Below the pieces are notes generated by a model that was given only the letters and a program-made list of their open reading frames with translations, did no database searches and was not told the origin of the DNA. A DNA stretch of 64,000 bases from Spheniscus humboldti (lineage: Eukaryota): positions 1,148,536 to 1,212,535 of the forward strand of contig CM049899.1 in NCBI GenBank assembly GCA_027474245.1. The letters run 5' to 3'. Of this stretch, positions 44,301 through 58,197 are shown piece by piece (position 1 is the stretch's first letter; the number at the start of each line of letters is the position of its first letter). Made by a program: the position numbers and the translations under genes.

Positions 44301-47300
44301 ATATGCTTCTATGCGTGTTTTAGAGCACACTGTATCACTGCTTTCTATATTAGCATGTATAAACACCACTAAAACTCTTTCAATTAAGAAACAAACCATT
44401 TCAACTAGACAACTTTTTGCCTCTTGAACTCAACAGCCCTGCATTAAAAGCCACTCCAAGCTGAAGCCAGCCTTTACGAGGACACATTATTTTCTGGACA
44501 GTTGTTGTTCGACAGCTACTCAGCTTCACAACAGAAGTCCTACAGGGACTGCAATCAGTTACAGCTCCTCAGCAAACACCTGAACAGCATGGAAACCAGG
44601 AGGCCAGGAGCAGAGAGGCATGTATTGTTGCTATACTGAGCATCAGTCAGACACAGCTTTAAAAATTCAAGCATCAGGAACTCCAGTGTCACCACAGAGC
44701 AAAGAATGGAAGACAGCAGGTACCGATCCCCTGCCCTGAATTTCGAGTACTACAAATGTATGGCAAGAAAAGCAGAAGCAAAAGGGACATCCCTTCCCTC
44801 TCCTCCTTCCTTTCTTATGGTCACAAATCATAAGTCTGACTTTACCAACCAGGCTGTCTCAACATAACTGCAAAGCAGCATCTTTGGAATAAAACACAGA
44901 CCTCTGGACTTGAGCATGTTCTTAGAACATAACAGAATGGGTGATTTTTTCCCCCCAGATTTTCTTTTATAACAAACATATCTACAGCTGTACAATTTCT
45001 TGTTCTTGAATTATTGATTATTCTTTTGCAAATTTGCATACAGGACCTTGCAAAATGTATTGCTGGGATGGGCAGCTGCAGTTCAGTGCTGAAGACCAAG
45101 TACTGAGGTAACGTCAGGATCTTTCCATGGAAAGATTTGCATGGGGGGGAAAAAGTTACAGAAGTGCAAATTTCCGAAAGCCTTTAATAAAGGAACCATA
45201 ACTGAAGATTGAGAACAGCAGATTAATTACTGCAATGTTTCTAAATATGTAAGCTCAGAAATATCTTATCAAGAAATACATTTAACAAAATAGAGGTAGA
45301 CAATAGCAATGTATTCTGCACCACAATGACACAAGTCTTTTAACACACACATCAGGCAACTGATTTCTTTCACGGTACATTGAAAAAAAAAGTGATTTTG
45401 TTTGCTTAAGAAACTGCGATGACCCTTTACAAATACAGTATTCTTAAAACATCTGATGTAAAAAAAGTATGAATATTTGTAAGTTTTCAGTTTGTACACA
45501 TACTTCCTCTCCTTTAACCCATAAATCTTATAAGGAGACCTTTAAAAATCACAGCTGACTTCAGAAATGAAGTTAACCAGACCCCCTCCAGAGAAAAACT
45601 CCAATAATATTAATAGGATTTCACCCTACCATGGTCTACATTGTCATGCAGTATCACCCACATAGTAATTTCCACGGTGTCTCAGTTTACACTAGACCAG
45701 AGATTCTGAAGAGAATTTTTTTTATGTCTACACAACACAGAAAAAATATGGCAAATCACTGAGTGTGATTCCCTTGACAAAAAGAAGTGACACTTGGAAA
45801 GGTAACCTTGAATTAGAAAAAAAAATTAAAAGTTTCTCTTCAACTTTATGGATAAAGAACACCTGACCAGTGCTCATTCCCTTGCACACAAAGCCTACCA
45901 TAACATTTTTTTTTTAGTCTTGAAAAAGAAATTAATTCCAGAAGTCTCCAGGCAACTGGACAGCTGGGTCATTGTTTGACCTCATCTAAAAGCCTTTAGA
46001 GAAATAAAAGCTTAAAAAAAATGGTTAGAGGCATTTGAGCATTTAAATACACATTCTCTCTTTGAAATTACCTACAAGAAGAGATCTACCAAGATGTATT
46101 GTGCCCAGGTCTATCTTACTCACTGCTAACATGAATAGGTTGGACAAAACTAACCTGCCTGCTTTTAAAACTGTTTGAAACAACTTTAGACCTTCTTTAG
46201 GCATAAGTATAGAGATTATTAAAGACTTCTTCTCCTTTGCAATTATCGTTTAGTGTATATTTGAACTGGAATACCACCCAGTCTCAACCAAGGCGTACGA
46301 GATGCAAAGTAAGAGGCAATTTTAGGGCTCCTGTGAAGACAGAGAGGACTTCATCCTTCAGAAAACAAGTGTTTTCCATGGCTAGTTTTATTCTTAATTG
46401 CCAACACTTTATTAGATGTAATTGTCTTAAAAGCTATGACAGCAGGATTTCAACCCAGCAAATATAGGATCAACATGATAACAAGTCACCATCCTGTAGA
46501 TACTTTCTCCAGAGCGCTTAATGGTAGCAAGTTTCATGATATATACAGACCCAAGGTATGCTTTATTCAAAGTATCAGTGAAATCTTGTCTAAGATTTGA
46601 CTTGAACATTCAGAAAAAAATCCAAAGACCCATTCATTTAGATACAGATTAGAAAGGTTTCTACACCTCTTACATACAACCAAAGAGCATGTTACACTCA
46701 GATTATTAGAACAATTTATCCTATACAATTTACAAGGTGACAAAGCCCATGGTAAAGCTACTGCTTTACTATAGTAATGTAAACACATTTCAAAGAAGAA
46801 TATGCTAATGGTTTCAGAGATGACTTTCTAGCAGTAAAACCAAAACAACCTGGCATATCAACCTTTTCTCTCTATGAGACAGCTCAGGCTGTACATTTAT
46901 TCTTGAAGGACATCTTCTGGCATAACAAAAGACAGGATTGACAGTCTTCATTTGTTCTTCTCTTAATAAAGACAGTCCAGCAATTCCAAATAATGTGTGA
47001 AATGGAACCACCTGGGAGAAGAAAGAAAGTTTGTGTTCATCTCCAAAAGCCATCCAGCTTTCATTTGTATGGGATGAAGCTTTTGTTTGTTAGCAGAACT
47101 GCAAACCTCCATGGCTGAAGATGATGCTGCAACTGAATAAGCTTTGATTTGTCTTGCCCATCAAGATATATCAGAGCAATTTCCATGGCATGCATTTACA
47201 GCACTGTGATTTACTCGAAGATGCTTGTAGATCATTTGCTGCTAAGATAATTTTCAACTCTGCATTCAGCAGGAAGCACTCATGTGTCCCCAATAACATG

Positions 47301-48529
47301 TAATGGCATCAGACAGCAGAAGCAAACATAACACTGAAAAGGTAAATTTAATCACCTCCAAGTGGCTGTTCCATAAATTCCCCATTTGCTCTTCAGCAAC
47401 AGTATAATGCTCTTTAACAGTCTCTGAATACAGAGCTTTGCTATAAAAATCTTAAGAGGGGAGCAGCAACCTACTGTGCTATAAAACTGAAAGGAAAAAA
47501 ATACAAGGAAGAAAAAAACCCAAAGAGGCAGCAGCAGTTATCTGGTATCCAAGTATTCCTTCACTGCATGAACTTTCCCCAGAAGCACCTATCATCACAC
47601 AACTGCAAGAAGCTATTTAAAGTCTTACAACATGAGCATCCCATCAGTGGAGTTAGCCATTCTACAAAATCCTATCCAAAATTACCCATGGGGTCTGGTG
47701 CAGGGTACATCATGTTTGTATAAGTAGAACTTCTGGATCTTGTCACAAAGGTTGTATATTGCAGCAAACTGAGGGGAATTATCATGTTATAACCACACAT
47801 AGGAGCCCCAACCGTTGATCACAGCCTAGAAGCATAAAACTACACTAGCATACCAAATCCTGCTCCTCAGTGGTTTGGCAAACACATTACAGGTATGGTC
47901 AAAGAACACATATATATGTTTACTTGCTCCTTCTCAGAACCAATACGTGGCCATTAGAGGAGGGGTAAAATAAGTTAAGTAAATAACAAAATAATAATTG
48001 AAAAACCAGTACACTTTAGGAACAACAAGACAAACTTTCCTTGTACAGATGGGCATGCCCAGAAAGGGGAATGTTCCCCACTGGCAAGTGTGCAAATGCA
48101 GTTACTCGCTGCAGACTCAGCCTCTTGATGAACAGTATGTATTTTCAGGGAAGCCTGAATGCCTGGAAGATGTATCTATTGCCATGTCATCCTCTGCTCC
48201 TTTCTGCAATTCTTCTTTAAAAGCAAATACGAAAGGAAAAACCTGCTAATAAGAACAACTACTATATTAGGTTTCAAGCAACTAGTTCTTGATAATTTAA
48301 GAAAAAGACAGAGAAATCTTTATAGTCAAGTGATTCAAAACCTGAAATACAGTCACAGTGTCAAATCAAAAGACTACAGTCAAACTAATTTAAAAAAACT
48401 AACAGGATCTGTTAGGAATGAGTTTCTGCAGGAATAAAGCAAAGACCTGTAAGCACCAATGCTTCCACAGCTGTGCCCACTTCCACAATAGATATGATAG
48501 GTTAAAATAATATGAAGTTAATAATACGA

Positions 48530-48715
48530 GTGGTTAAACATTGGAACAGGCTGCCCAGGGAAGTGGTTGAGTCACCATCCCTGGAGGTATTTAAAAGACA
48601 TGTAGATGAGGCGCTTAGGGACATGGTTCAGTGGGCATGGGGGTGTTGGGTTGATGGTTGGACTCGATGATCTTAGAGGTCTTTTCCAACCTTAATGATT
48701 TTATGATTCTATGAA
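48530..48715 (+). mobile_element. CR1 LINE 3' terminal fragment
   Basis: 'gtggttaaacattggaacaggctgcccagggaagtggttgagtcaccatccctggaggtatttaaaagacatgtagatgaggcgcttagggacatggttcagtgggcatgg...gattttatgattctatg' is read directly. Confidence 0.9.
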
Positions 48716-51700
48716 ATGACTGCTAATGTAACACGCAAAAACCCCCAAAGGTGCTTGCATTAGGTATAGAAGAACTCTGCAAACTTGGTCTTCTAGCAAG
48801 ACACAAATAGCTCAAGTTTAATCCCAAGACCAGAAAAGCATTAGGACTTTAAACGTTAAGCTTTTCTTGGGGCATTCTGAAGAGAAAAAGGTCTTCCTGT
48901 GAGCTCCTTAGAAATTAAAAAAACTGTCCATTTTAACACCCCCAAAACACTTTCCAAGTGACAGAGCAGAATAAAGACATCCCCTACCCCACCAGTGCAA
49001 AGAATTTATCAGCTTACAAAGAAACAGAAAGCTACATCAGTTGTTAACACATCTGTGGAGAAAGGAAAAGACATGGACAGCTGTAATAAAAATAGCTACA
49101 ATTTCCCCCAACCTTTGACAAATCAGCAGCCAAGTGTTCTATAGGAGTTGCACTGAGGTCTCGTAACACTTTTAATTTTATCTGACCAGTGCCCTTGAAT
49201 GACATGATCTTAATTTGCCACTTTACTTGGACAATATCAATTATTTCCATTTGAAATTAGAACAGACCAACTAAATAAACTGTAACACGCTCTCAACCAC
49301 AGGGAAAATCCATACCCCCAGCCTTGTAATGTTACCTCAAAATGTTCTTCCTCCTTCATCTAGGCAAATGTGAGGATTTATTCAGTGGGTGGGCTGGCTG
49401 GCACAGAACAGACATTGGGGTGTAGAGATTCTTAATAGTAATTTCTAACTCATTTAGATCAGGCAAAAGCACCAAGGGTTGAAAAGTAATTAACCCACAG
49501 TGGTATCTAGAAGCTTACAAATTGTTGCTTTTTTTTAAATAGTATTTTCACAGAAATCTTCTAAGTGGTCTCGTGAGAAACAATTTGCATGGTATGTGTT
49601 TCAGGAACCAGAATTCTGTAAGGAACAGCAACTGACTACAGTGTGGGATGTCGCAGTGCAAGTGCAATGTAAAATATTGCAAGCTCCCCAAGTAAGCCTT
49701 CTAAAGCAACTCTACCCTATTCTTTCCCTCTAATTAAACTGCAGCTCTGCAAAACGCTTAAATCTGGGTCACAAGTTACACTCAGATGGGAAAAAACACT
49801 TTTTCAGCTGAAGATTTCCATTAAGGAAACTTTTAGTTAAGGTTTATTTACTACGTCTCCTGGTCTGTCAGCAAATCCTCCAGTCTCCCCATCAAGCCAC
49901 AATACAGCAGCACAGTTTCTCTCTGTCAATCCAATGTAACCTGCCAATCACCTCCAGAGATGCTAGCACCTACCATGAGTAATGTACATCAGGTAACTGG
50001 CAAACAGAGAAGCAGAACATTATCTGATTTTGTTTTAAACATGACCATGCTAGCTGTGCTACTGTAATACTGTTGCAAGAGAAACAACACTTAAAGAGTT
50101 TCTTCGCAGTAAAAGAAAAGTTTGTGGATGCAGTCTTTTTAGATGACCTCTTCCCTTCAAGAAACAAAAATGCAAGAATGTGATTTTGAAACAGCCTTCA
50201 CCTTCTATGGGAAAGGCTAAAAATCCACAGCACCTTTTTCATAAGTAATTTTTCATTTTTTTGGGGGAAAAAAGAATCTGTTGATTGATTATCCATTTGT
50301 CAGAGGAGTTTATTCCAGGTTACACAATTTCCTACTGTGACATGAAACACTTACACCTGGGATTAACATCCAGTAAAACAGTAATTTTTATAAGAATCCT
50401 AAAGATCTAATTCCCATAGACAAAAATATTCAGGCCCCGATTTAACAGGCTACTGGTTCAAGTGGTCAGCAAGACATACTTCAGTACATATACTTTCCTA
50501 AAGTGAGGCCTCAAACAAAGAATAGCTAAAGACTGGGTGACAAGCATTAGTGACAAAATGAAGAATCAAAGTAAAAGCTAGTTTACAAAGCATTTCATAA
50601 GAGTCTTAACATTTTCCACAGATTCTTCAAATTTGGAAAAACTAATCTCATAGTGAGCTCTGAACAAAAGCAACCATCTAACGCCTTCTCTGGTCACCCG
50701 TTAAGTCCTCCAGAAGGTACCTGATCTTCACAAAGCCACCAACCCAGAAAGTCAATATTTATTTGATGCAACCAGTCTGTTATAGCCAGTAATCCTGTGA
50801 CACAACAGATCCAAAATTACAGAAATAAGCTTGTATTGAAAAACTAAGTATAGTTTAGCAGAGTAAATGCAGGAAGGTTTCAAAGCAGGAATCCAGTCCT
50901 GCACACATGATGTAAAATAAGCACACATCTCACCTTTTAGTTTCAAGTGAGTTTTACTTTTCCATTAGATTAATGTTGCTTTTGTATAAAAGTTCCAGTT
51001 ACACAAGGTAATTATAGAATGGTAATGTTTAACTATTACACTAGTACAAAGTTCGGAAAAAGATCCTAGAAGATCAGGCAGAGCACTACTGTCTTCTTTA
51101 AACAAAGCCCACAGAGTACTCAAACTGCCTTCTGCAGGCTGGATATGGCCTTTAGGACGATTCTGCATCCAGCCTGTGGTTTGACCCTGTATATTCTCTT
51201 ACCCTAAGGCTTACGGAGGGCAAGCTACAGACCAAACGGACAGATTAACCCTGATCATTAGTGTTCTGGCAATCCCACATACATCTACCACCAGGCTTAT
51301 TTACAATGTGTCAGGGGCATTGACAAATCCCTCTATTTTCCCTGGGAAATAATGTTTGCAGTGTTTCAGGCCACATTTCAAGGCAGTCACTTGGAAACTA
51401 CAAACTGCAGGAAACCACAGTATCAACTGAAGCCTACTCATAATCATCTTCCCCTGATAAGACACCCCCCCCACACACCTCCCCCCAAAAAAACCCCAAA
51501 CAACCAACAGAAACAAAATGAAACACACCAACAGGGATATGCTTATCCAAGAACACGGCAAGGTACATGTAATATTCCCACAAGATTTTAACTGCTATGC
51601 AAAGTAGCTGCCATTTACAGCATTTTAAAGAGTATGTGAATATGCGTAACAAATCTAACCCTTCCAGGAAATACCAACTGCAAACACAAAGAAGAATGTA

Positions 51701-52697
51701 CAACCCCAACAGAAAATATCTCATCATTGCTTTTTCTCCTTAAAAAGCAACTCTGACCACCTGACTGCTCATTGCAATCAAAGGAAGATGTGACCTGACC
51801 CTTCAAGCATTCTGGATGCGTAGGTGGGACTAAACAGTGTTTGTGAATCAAGAACATGCATGCTCCTTGAGACAGGCAGGTCAAGTTTGCCACCAGGTCC
51901 CCACATCGGCATTTGCTAACACTGTTCAGCTTCGGGTACAACTGAGCTGCGTTCAGTTAACGTGAAAGCATCTCCTAGTAACAGCCAGTATCAACCCAAG
52001 AACTATAACGTAAATGGAAGAAAACTCAAACTGTGCCCCCTTCTCCTTACGCTGGGTTAGGATTTGTGACAGGAATTTGATTCCACAGTTTGGAAAAGCT
52101 CCACGGTTGCAGCCAAAAGGATCTGGAGCTTCCTGGGTCTCAGAGTAATTCTAGAGCTAAAGTAGTGATAGGCATCAACTTTAGATCAGATAATACATGC
52201 CAACACTCATCACTGACCCAAGGCGGCAACCTCCTCCTGTCCTACCCAAGGGTTTAAAATGCAACACACTTTCTTCCTAAAACAGGACACTACCTTATTT
52301 ATTTGTAACACCATTGACAAATTTCTTCCTTGAGATGGGACTAGGGATACATTACACAAGCAGTCAAGCCACTGGTTGGAAGCATTGGAGCCTTTTCGGT
52401 ACTGTTTTATCACCACGGTTGGCATGAGAAGGAAAATGAAGGACACGAGAGATGGTGAGACATTTAATCTACAATGGAGATAGCTATGGTGAACAAGTAA
52501 GGCTGAGACCAAGTCCTTTTTCTCAGGGGAAAAGTACACACCAACTAAATAACTGCTGAACAGACCAGTATAATTTAAAGTTATACAGGAAAAAAGATTT
52601 GAGGAACACAACATAAGAACTGACTACCGCAACACTTCTTTTGTATAGTACTAAAGTGGAAACACACTACACAAGTGTATGTACTGCATATATATTT

Positions 52698-52721
52698 TAT
52701 ATAGACATTAATGTCTATATA
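52698..52721. repeat. Perfect 24-bp palindrome TATATAGACATTAATGTCTATATA in an AT-rich block; duplicate at 59604..59627
   Basis: The sequence is self-complementary when read directly and is followed by a third 'tatatagacatta' half-site at ~52726. Confidence 0.8.
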
Positions 52722-54537
52722 TATTTATATAGACATTATGTATTATAATAGTCATATATTTCTGTGCATATAAACACCTATAAAATCCAAACCTTTACTC
52801 TTCCTCTGGCCATACACATCTTTCACGTCAATGTACACCAAGAAGAATTCATAAAATCCAAAAGTAATTATCTACAAGATTCCACTAAAACCTGTAGCTA
52901 AGAAATATTTCGGAGAGACCGCCACAAAATTCATGAAGAATGCAGACAAAAATCACCAGCAAAGGAACATTAAAAGCACAATGTTCCCAAATCTGAATAT
53001 ATATACACACATTTTTTTGGAGATGAATCCTTAAGTTTTGCCCGTTAGATTATTTTTTAATAATCTACTGAAATAGTTTTTGCCACTGGTATCAAACAGC
53101 ACCTGGTTCCCAAGTCTCCAATCATCAAGATCATTAATTGCAAGTAGTTGTTTCTACAATTACCCTGTTACATTTACCTGGACATGCTGAGGGTTGACAG
53201 CAGACAAGAATTGTGACCTGTGCTGGCACTTACTGCACCACTTCTGTACCGACATGATCAGATGAATGCCAGAATTTCATCCGTCTTCATTCGGTGCAGC
53301 CATCCCATGAGATCCATCGCTGTCCGCCCCCAGGAAACACTGCTCATCCTCAAATACTCCGACAGACTGCACCCCTAAGCAGGGCATTATTTTAGTTCTG
53401 AATCAGGTAAGCACAGCATCGAAGCAGAGCAATGAAAATGCCTTAGTTAACATTTACAAAGTTTGCAGCACACCAGGTGTTTTCCATCCCATTAACAACT
53501 TAGGACATACTCACCACTCTTGCATATTACGTGCTTTACGCGTGTCTGTGCATACGTACTGGCACATGTGCATGCATACCCCTACACTACTACATTTCTT
53601 TCCTCCCCTCTACTTTCTAGCACAGAGGTATCAAGCTCAATGTCAAGTTAAACACATGCAAGCAGTAAGGCACCAATTCACGTCAGACCATCAGATATTA
53701 TCTTGGCATCCAAGCTAACACGCACATCACCACCCCGAGTCTCAAAAATAACAAGACTAACGTTTCATGAAACTTACTGTCAAGTGCCAGAGCTGCCACA
53801 ATCTGAAGCGGCACTACGAAGGGAATTCTCATGTGCATCTCTCTCTCTCTTCCCCCCGCCCCCCACTACTGTTTACCTACACTACCCGTAAACATCATTT
53901 TCCTGATGCAGTACTTTAACCCACATGTTTTCAGCACAGCAACAACAATCATAAGCAATAGTGCCTCCAGTTCTTTTGGGGACACTAAAAATAATGCAAC
54001 TTTTTTTTCCCCCTCCAGACACCAGCGGTTATTGACGTTTCCCACCTCCTGGAACCAGAATCCAGTTGTTGTGGGCTACCTCTGGTAACCCACACCTATA
54101 AAACCAATGCTAGCTGCACCATTTATCAAGGCGAGCAAGCAAGAAGCAGTGCTGTGGCCAGATTCAGTACAGTGTCCTATCAAGGGAGCCATGTGGAAGT
54201 ACAGCTACAATCTCCCTGTAGATAAAGGAGCAGCAAGAAGGTCGCTTCCCAGGTCTCAGAGTAATTCTAGAGCAAAACCAAATCATCTTCAGATTTATGC
54301 TCAGATAATACATGCCAACACCCATCACAGACCCAGGGGAACTAACAAAGCAGCCCCCTTTGTACCTCACAGGGGACAGCAGGGCAGGAGAGGAGCAGCT
54401 GGGGAGCACACACCCAACCTCTAACTCTCAACAAGGGAGTGAGGGTTGTTACTCTTAATAAAAGCACAGCTGCGCTGAAATAAGCCCATACTTACACAGT
54501 CGCCTTTCCTTGTCCCATACAAAGCTATATGGGCCAC

Positions 54538-55073
54538 TGTCCTGGTTTCGGCAGGGATAGAGTTAATTCCCTTCCTAGTAGCTGGTACAGTGCTGTGTTT
54601 TGGATTTAGGATGAGAACAAAGTTGATAACGCACCCATGTTTTAGTTGCTGCTAGGTAGTGCTTACGCTAGTCAAGGACTTTTCAGCTTCCCATGCTCTC
54701 CCAACTGAGAAAGCTGCAGGTGCCCAAGAAGCTGGGAGGGGGCACAGCCAAATTGGCCAAAGAAACATTCCATACCATGTGACGTCATGCTCAGTACATA
54801 AACTGGGGAAAGCTGGCCAGGGGGGGCCGCTGCTCAGGGACTGGCTGGGCATCGGTCAGTGGGTGGTGAGCAATTGCACTGTGCATCACTTGCTTTGTGT
54901 ATTATTATCATATTATCATCATTTTATTTCAATTATTAAACTGTTTTTATCTCAACCCACGAGTTTTTCTCACTTGTGCTCTTTCCCAATTCTCTCCCCC
55001 ATCCCACCGGGTGGGGGGGAGTGAGCGAGCGGCTGCGTGGTGCTTAGTTGCCGACTAAGGTTAAACCACAAGA
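54538..55073 (+). mobile_element. Solo LTR (same family as at 17997) with a candidate 5-bp TSD GCCAC
   Basis: It runs 'tgtcctggtttcggcagggatagagttaattccc...ggttaaaccacaaga' and is flanked by 'gccac' on both sides (54533..54537 and 55074..55078). No PBS or internal region follows. Confidence 0.75.
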
Positions 55074-55617
55074 GCCACGTGTTTCTCCAAAAGTAACATG
55101 CTTGGCCATCAGGTTTTCTCACTGCGTCCTGTCACGGTGTCACCTTCAAAAAGCACCAACAAAGTGTCAGTTGTGGTGTCAGCTCAGGCGCTTTCCGTGC
55201 CCGAGGGTAATTTGGGCAACTCACCAGCAGTAAGTGCCCGTCTGGACACAGACCTTTCTCCATCGACCCCGACTTGCTTCCTGGCCTGACAAAACCTCCC
55301 GACAAGGCTGAGGTGAACCACCACTGGCCCCTCCGACCAGCAGAAGACCCAGACCCCGCTGAGGGGGCCCGACGCAGACCCCGAGGCCTCCCCGGGGGCA
55401 GGCAGCCACCCAGGGCCACTAAAGCAGGGTCCTGCCAGGCACTGCCTGCTACCCTGCCCCGCGGCATGACGCTCCAATGCCTTCATTAATAACCATTTCA
55501 AATTCTCTCAAAACCCTTCTGCTACCTATTCTGACACCACTGTCTGAAGAAAGTTCCTACTGTATTTGCAAGCTGAAACACAGTCCTACAAGTTGTTCCC
55601 CGATTTTCATAATTGAA

Positions 55618-55680
55618 CAGACTCACAGAATCATTTAGGTTGGAAGGGACTTCTTGAGATCATCTAGTCCAACCCCACGT
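55618..55680 (-). mobile_element. CR1 3' terminal fragment (minus strand); duplicate at 62524..62586
   Basis: 'cacagaatcatttaggttggaagggacttcttgagatcatctagtccaacccc' is the reverse complement of the CR1 3' end 'ggttggactagatgatctc...tcccttccaacc...attctgtg'. Confidence 0.7.
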
Positions 55681-58197
55681 ATGGAATTCTGCAATATTTT
55701 TTTTATTTTTATCAACGAGAGGATGTGTAATACATTCAATAATTATTTAATTTTTATTTCATGATCTCAGATCAAATTAATTTTGAAGGATTACATTGCA
55801 CTACCTACATACAATGACTTGTGATCTACGACTGCTGTGCCTAGGTACCCTTTTCAGCCAAAAGGGTACAAAGGCCACTAAAAAGTAAAGTCTGTAATTA
55901 GACACAAATACTGATTTCACACAACAGAATTCTCGATCATAAGCAGCCAAACGACAGCAGTTTTTTGGCTGTTGTGAGGACAAGTTACAATGAAATAATG
56001 TAACTCGCTCATTCATCAATCATATGAAGATACAACAGGAGAATTACATCAATACTATTTCCAAAACGGTCATTTTAGTCACATAATAGATTTGTAATAT
56101 TCACTTATCTTACTACACTGCTAATCTACTATTTTGTACTTGTGATAACAGAAAAGTCTCATTATATTTTCTCAAATTAATCTCTACATTTCAGTCTCCT
56201 GCTGAACTTCTCAGCTGGTTTTTGTTACCAGACCTCTCCAAAACCCTATTACTGGAGCTAAATAGCAAATGTATCAATGTAACATCAAGTACAAGCCTGA
56301 GCATGCAAGCTGAGCATACACTGCCATGACTCCCCCGCTACTCACCTGTTGTCAATTTAACACAAAGGACTCCACCTACTCTGACCAACTTCTCATGAAG
56401 TACCAAGATGGATCTGTAGCCAGAGGGATAACCAATTTCACTACTAACCTGTAAGACAGGGACATACAAACTTCAGAAAGGGACACAAGATCAAGTACGC
56501 CTCTAGTAATGAAAATTAGATGGGTAATATAAATAGGCTATGGTAAAATAGGCTATCTGGAAGGAAAACCAAGGTACAGACGTATACTTTTAAATTGACT
56601 TGCTAAAAAGGGGAAGGCCTTCTTTGGCATGAAAATTGGCCATCTGATTGGCTATGCCATGACTTCTAAAAAGCAAGCAGAAAAATTCTAGAGACAGGGA
56701 AATGCTTTAAGTCCAGAAGTGCCTCCTCTTTGCCTCGAACAGAGAAGAGGTTTGCCAGCTTCCCAAGTAACAGGGACTTTCCAGACTTCTCTAGGGTGGG
56801 AAGAAGGAAGGCTGCCTAATTTGGATTACTTAATACCTGTTTGGGTTGGGTTTTGTTCCCTGCCCCCCCACCCCCCACCAAATTATAACCTCCCAAGTCT
56901 CTGCCTGGCTTTCAGATCTCTCCACCTATTTGTTTGTTTACTTTAACTAAGGGACAGGCATTTGGCAAACAAGGAAGGTACATCAATGGGCATCACCGAT
57001 GGATTTCTGACCAGTACACCCTGGTGTGATACCGGGAACGCCTGCACCATGACGGAGTGGTAAGGGGGAACACCCTCACCATCAGCTAAAGCACAGTGAC
57101 ACCACCTCCACTGTTCTTCCTCCAAGGAAGACTGAGCAAGGGATGTGTGGACTTCTGAAAGTCAGTCTAGATTATTATTATTATTGTATCATGCACCAAT
57201 TATTAAGCATTTGGTCAGATCTGCAGAGGATCTAGGTGACTGAAAAGTCTAAGGAACTGAAAGTTTAGGCAATAGGAAAGCTATGCTCGTTGCTAGAAAA
57301 TTCTGCGTAGCAGTAAGCCACCCTGATTCCCATAGTCCTTCTAGAATAAAGCAGCTCTAAGTATAACTACAACCCTGTGGCCAGTTCTCATTCTACCAAG
57401 GAGCCTTAACATCAAGAGCCCGGCTGTCCCCATAGCAGCAGGTAGTGTCAGGTGACACAGGTGTCGGAAAGAAACTTTTATAGGCCATATGTGATGCTGG
57501 CTAATTTAAAATATCTCCACATAAAGAAAAACTCACCCATCCTGCATGTGATTCAGAACCAAATCCTCCATCTGAGCTCATACAGGCAAAAAACCAAATC
57601 CTACTGCTTTCCCCACATCAAGAGCTTCCAGTTTTCCCTGCAAGGCAGAATAGCAACTAATGCACTGTATATCCTAACCAAGCTCACTACTGCAGAAGCT
57701 TCAGTAGTGCTAATGAGAAGAATCTGTACTTGTACAAGCGATGATATAGGCCTTACCAGAAGTGCCAAGATTGCTGCAGCGCTGAGGGAGAACCTTGTAG
57801 CTGTTTCTCCTAGAACGTAGGGGGGTAGGGGATGAAATAAGTAGGTTGTTTTTTTTTAACAACAAAAATAAATTCAAATCACCATTGAAAATATGGAACA
57901 AAATGCTACAACCCCAGGTTTTACATCGAACAGAAAATAACCTAACTAAAAAGTGCCCCTGTACTGCTTCCTTTTCCATCCCACTGATAATTTCCTCAAT
58001 AATTGACAAGTGCACATTACAACTCCAGTGGTCTGTTTACTGCACATAAAAGAAAACAACTCCTTTTCAGCTGGTGTACATATCCAAATAAACTCAAATA
58101 GTGTAACTTGCAAAGAGCTATGTCAGCTTAAACTTTATCTGTAGTGCCCTACTGGATAACTGCAGAGCTGCGGATGCTCAGAAATACTGGGGCACAA

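Larger units (their letters stand above)
51292..58197 (+). repeat. Tandem segmental duplication, unit copy 1 (6,906 bp)
   Basis: The ORF track shows identical ORF pairs at a constant offset of 6906 (51301/58207, 52210/59116, 53703/60609, 54107/61013, 55801/62707, 56719/63625). Direct reading shows identity from 51292≡58198. Confidence 0.9.

Noticed and set aside
55080-55500. GC-rich island with ORFs on both strands next to the solo LTR, considered as a proviral leader/gag or a CpG-island promoter
   Set aside because: No PBS follows the LTR (the downstream flank is the TSD 'gccac'). The ORFs are short and overlapping, and I could not tie them to any gene. It is left as unexplained GC-rich sequence inside the duplicated unit.
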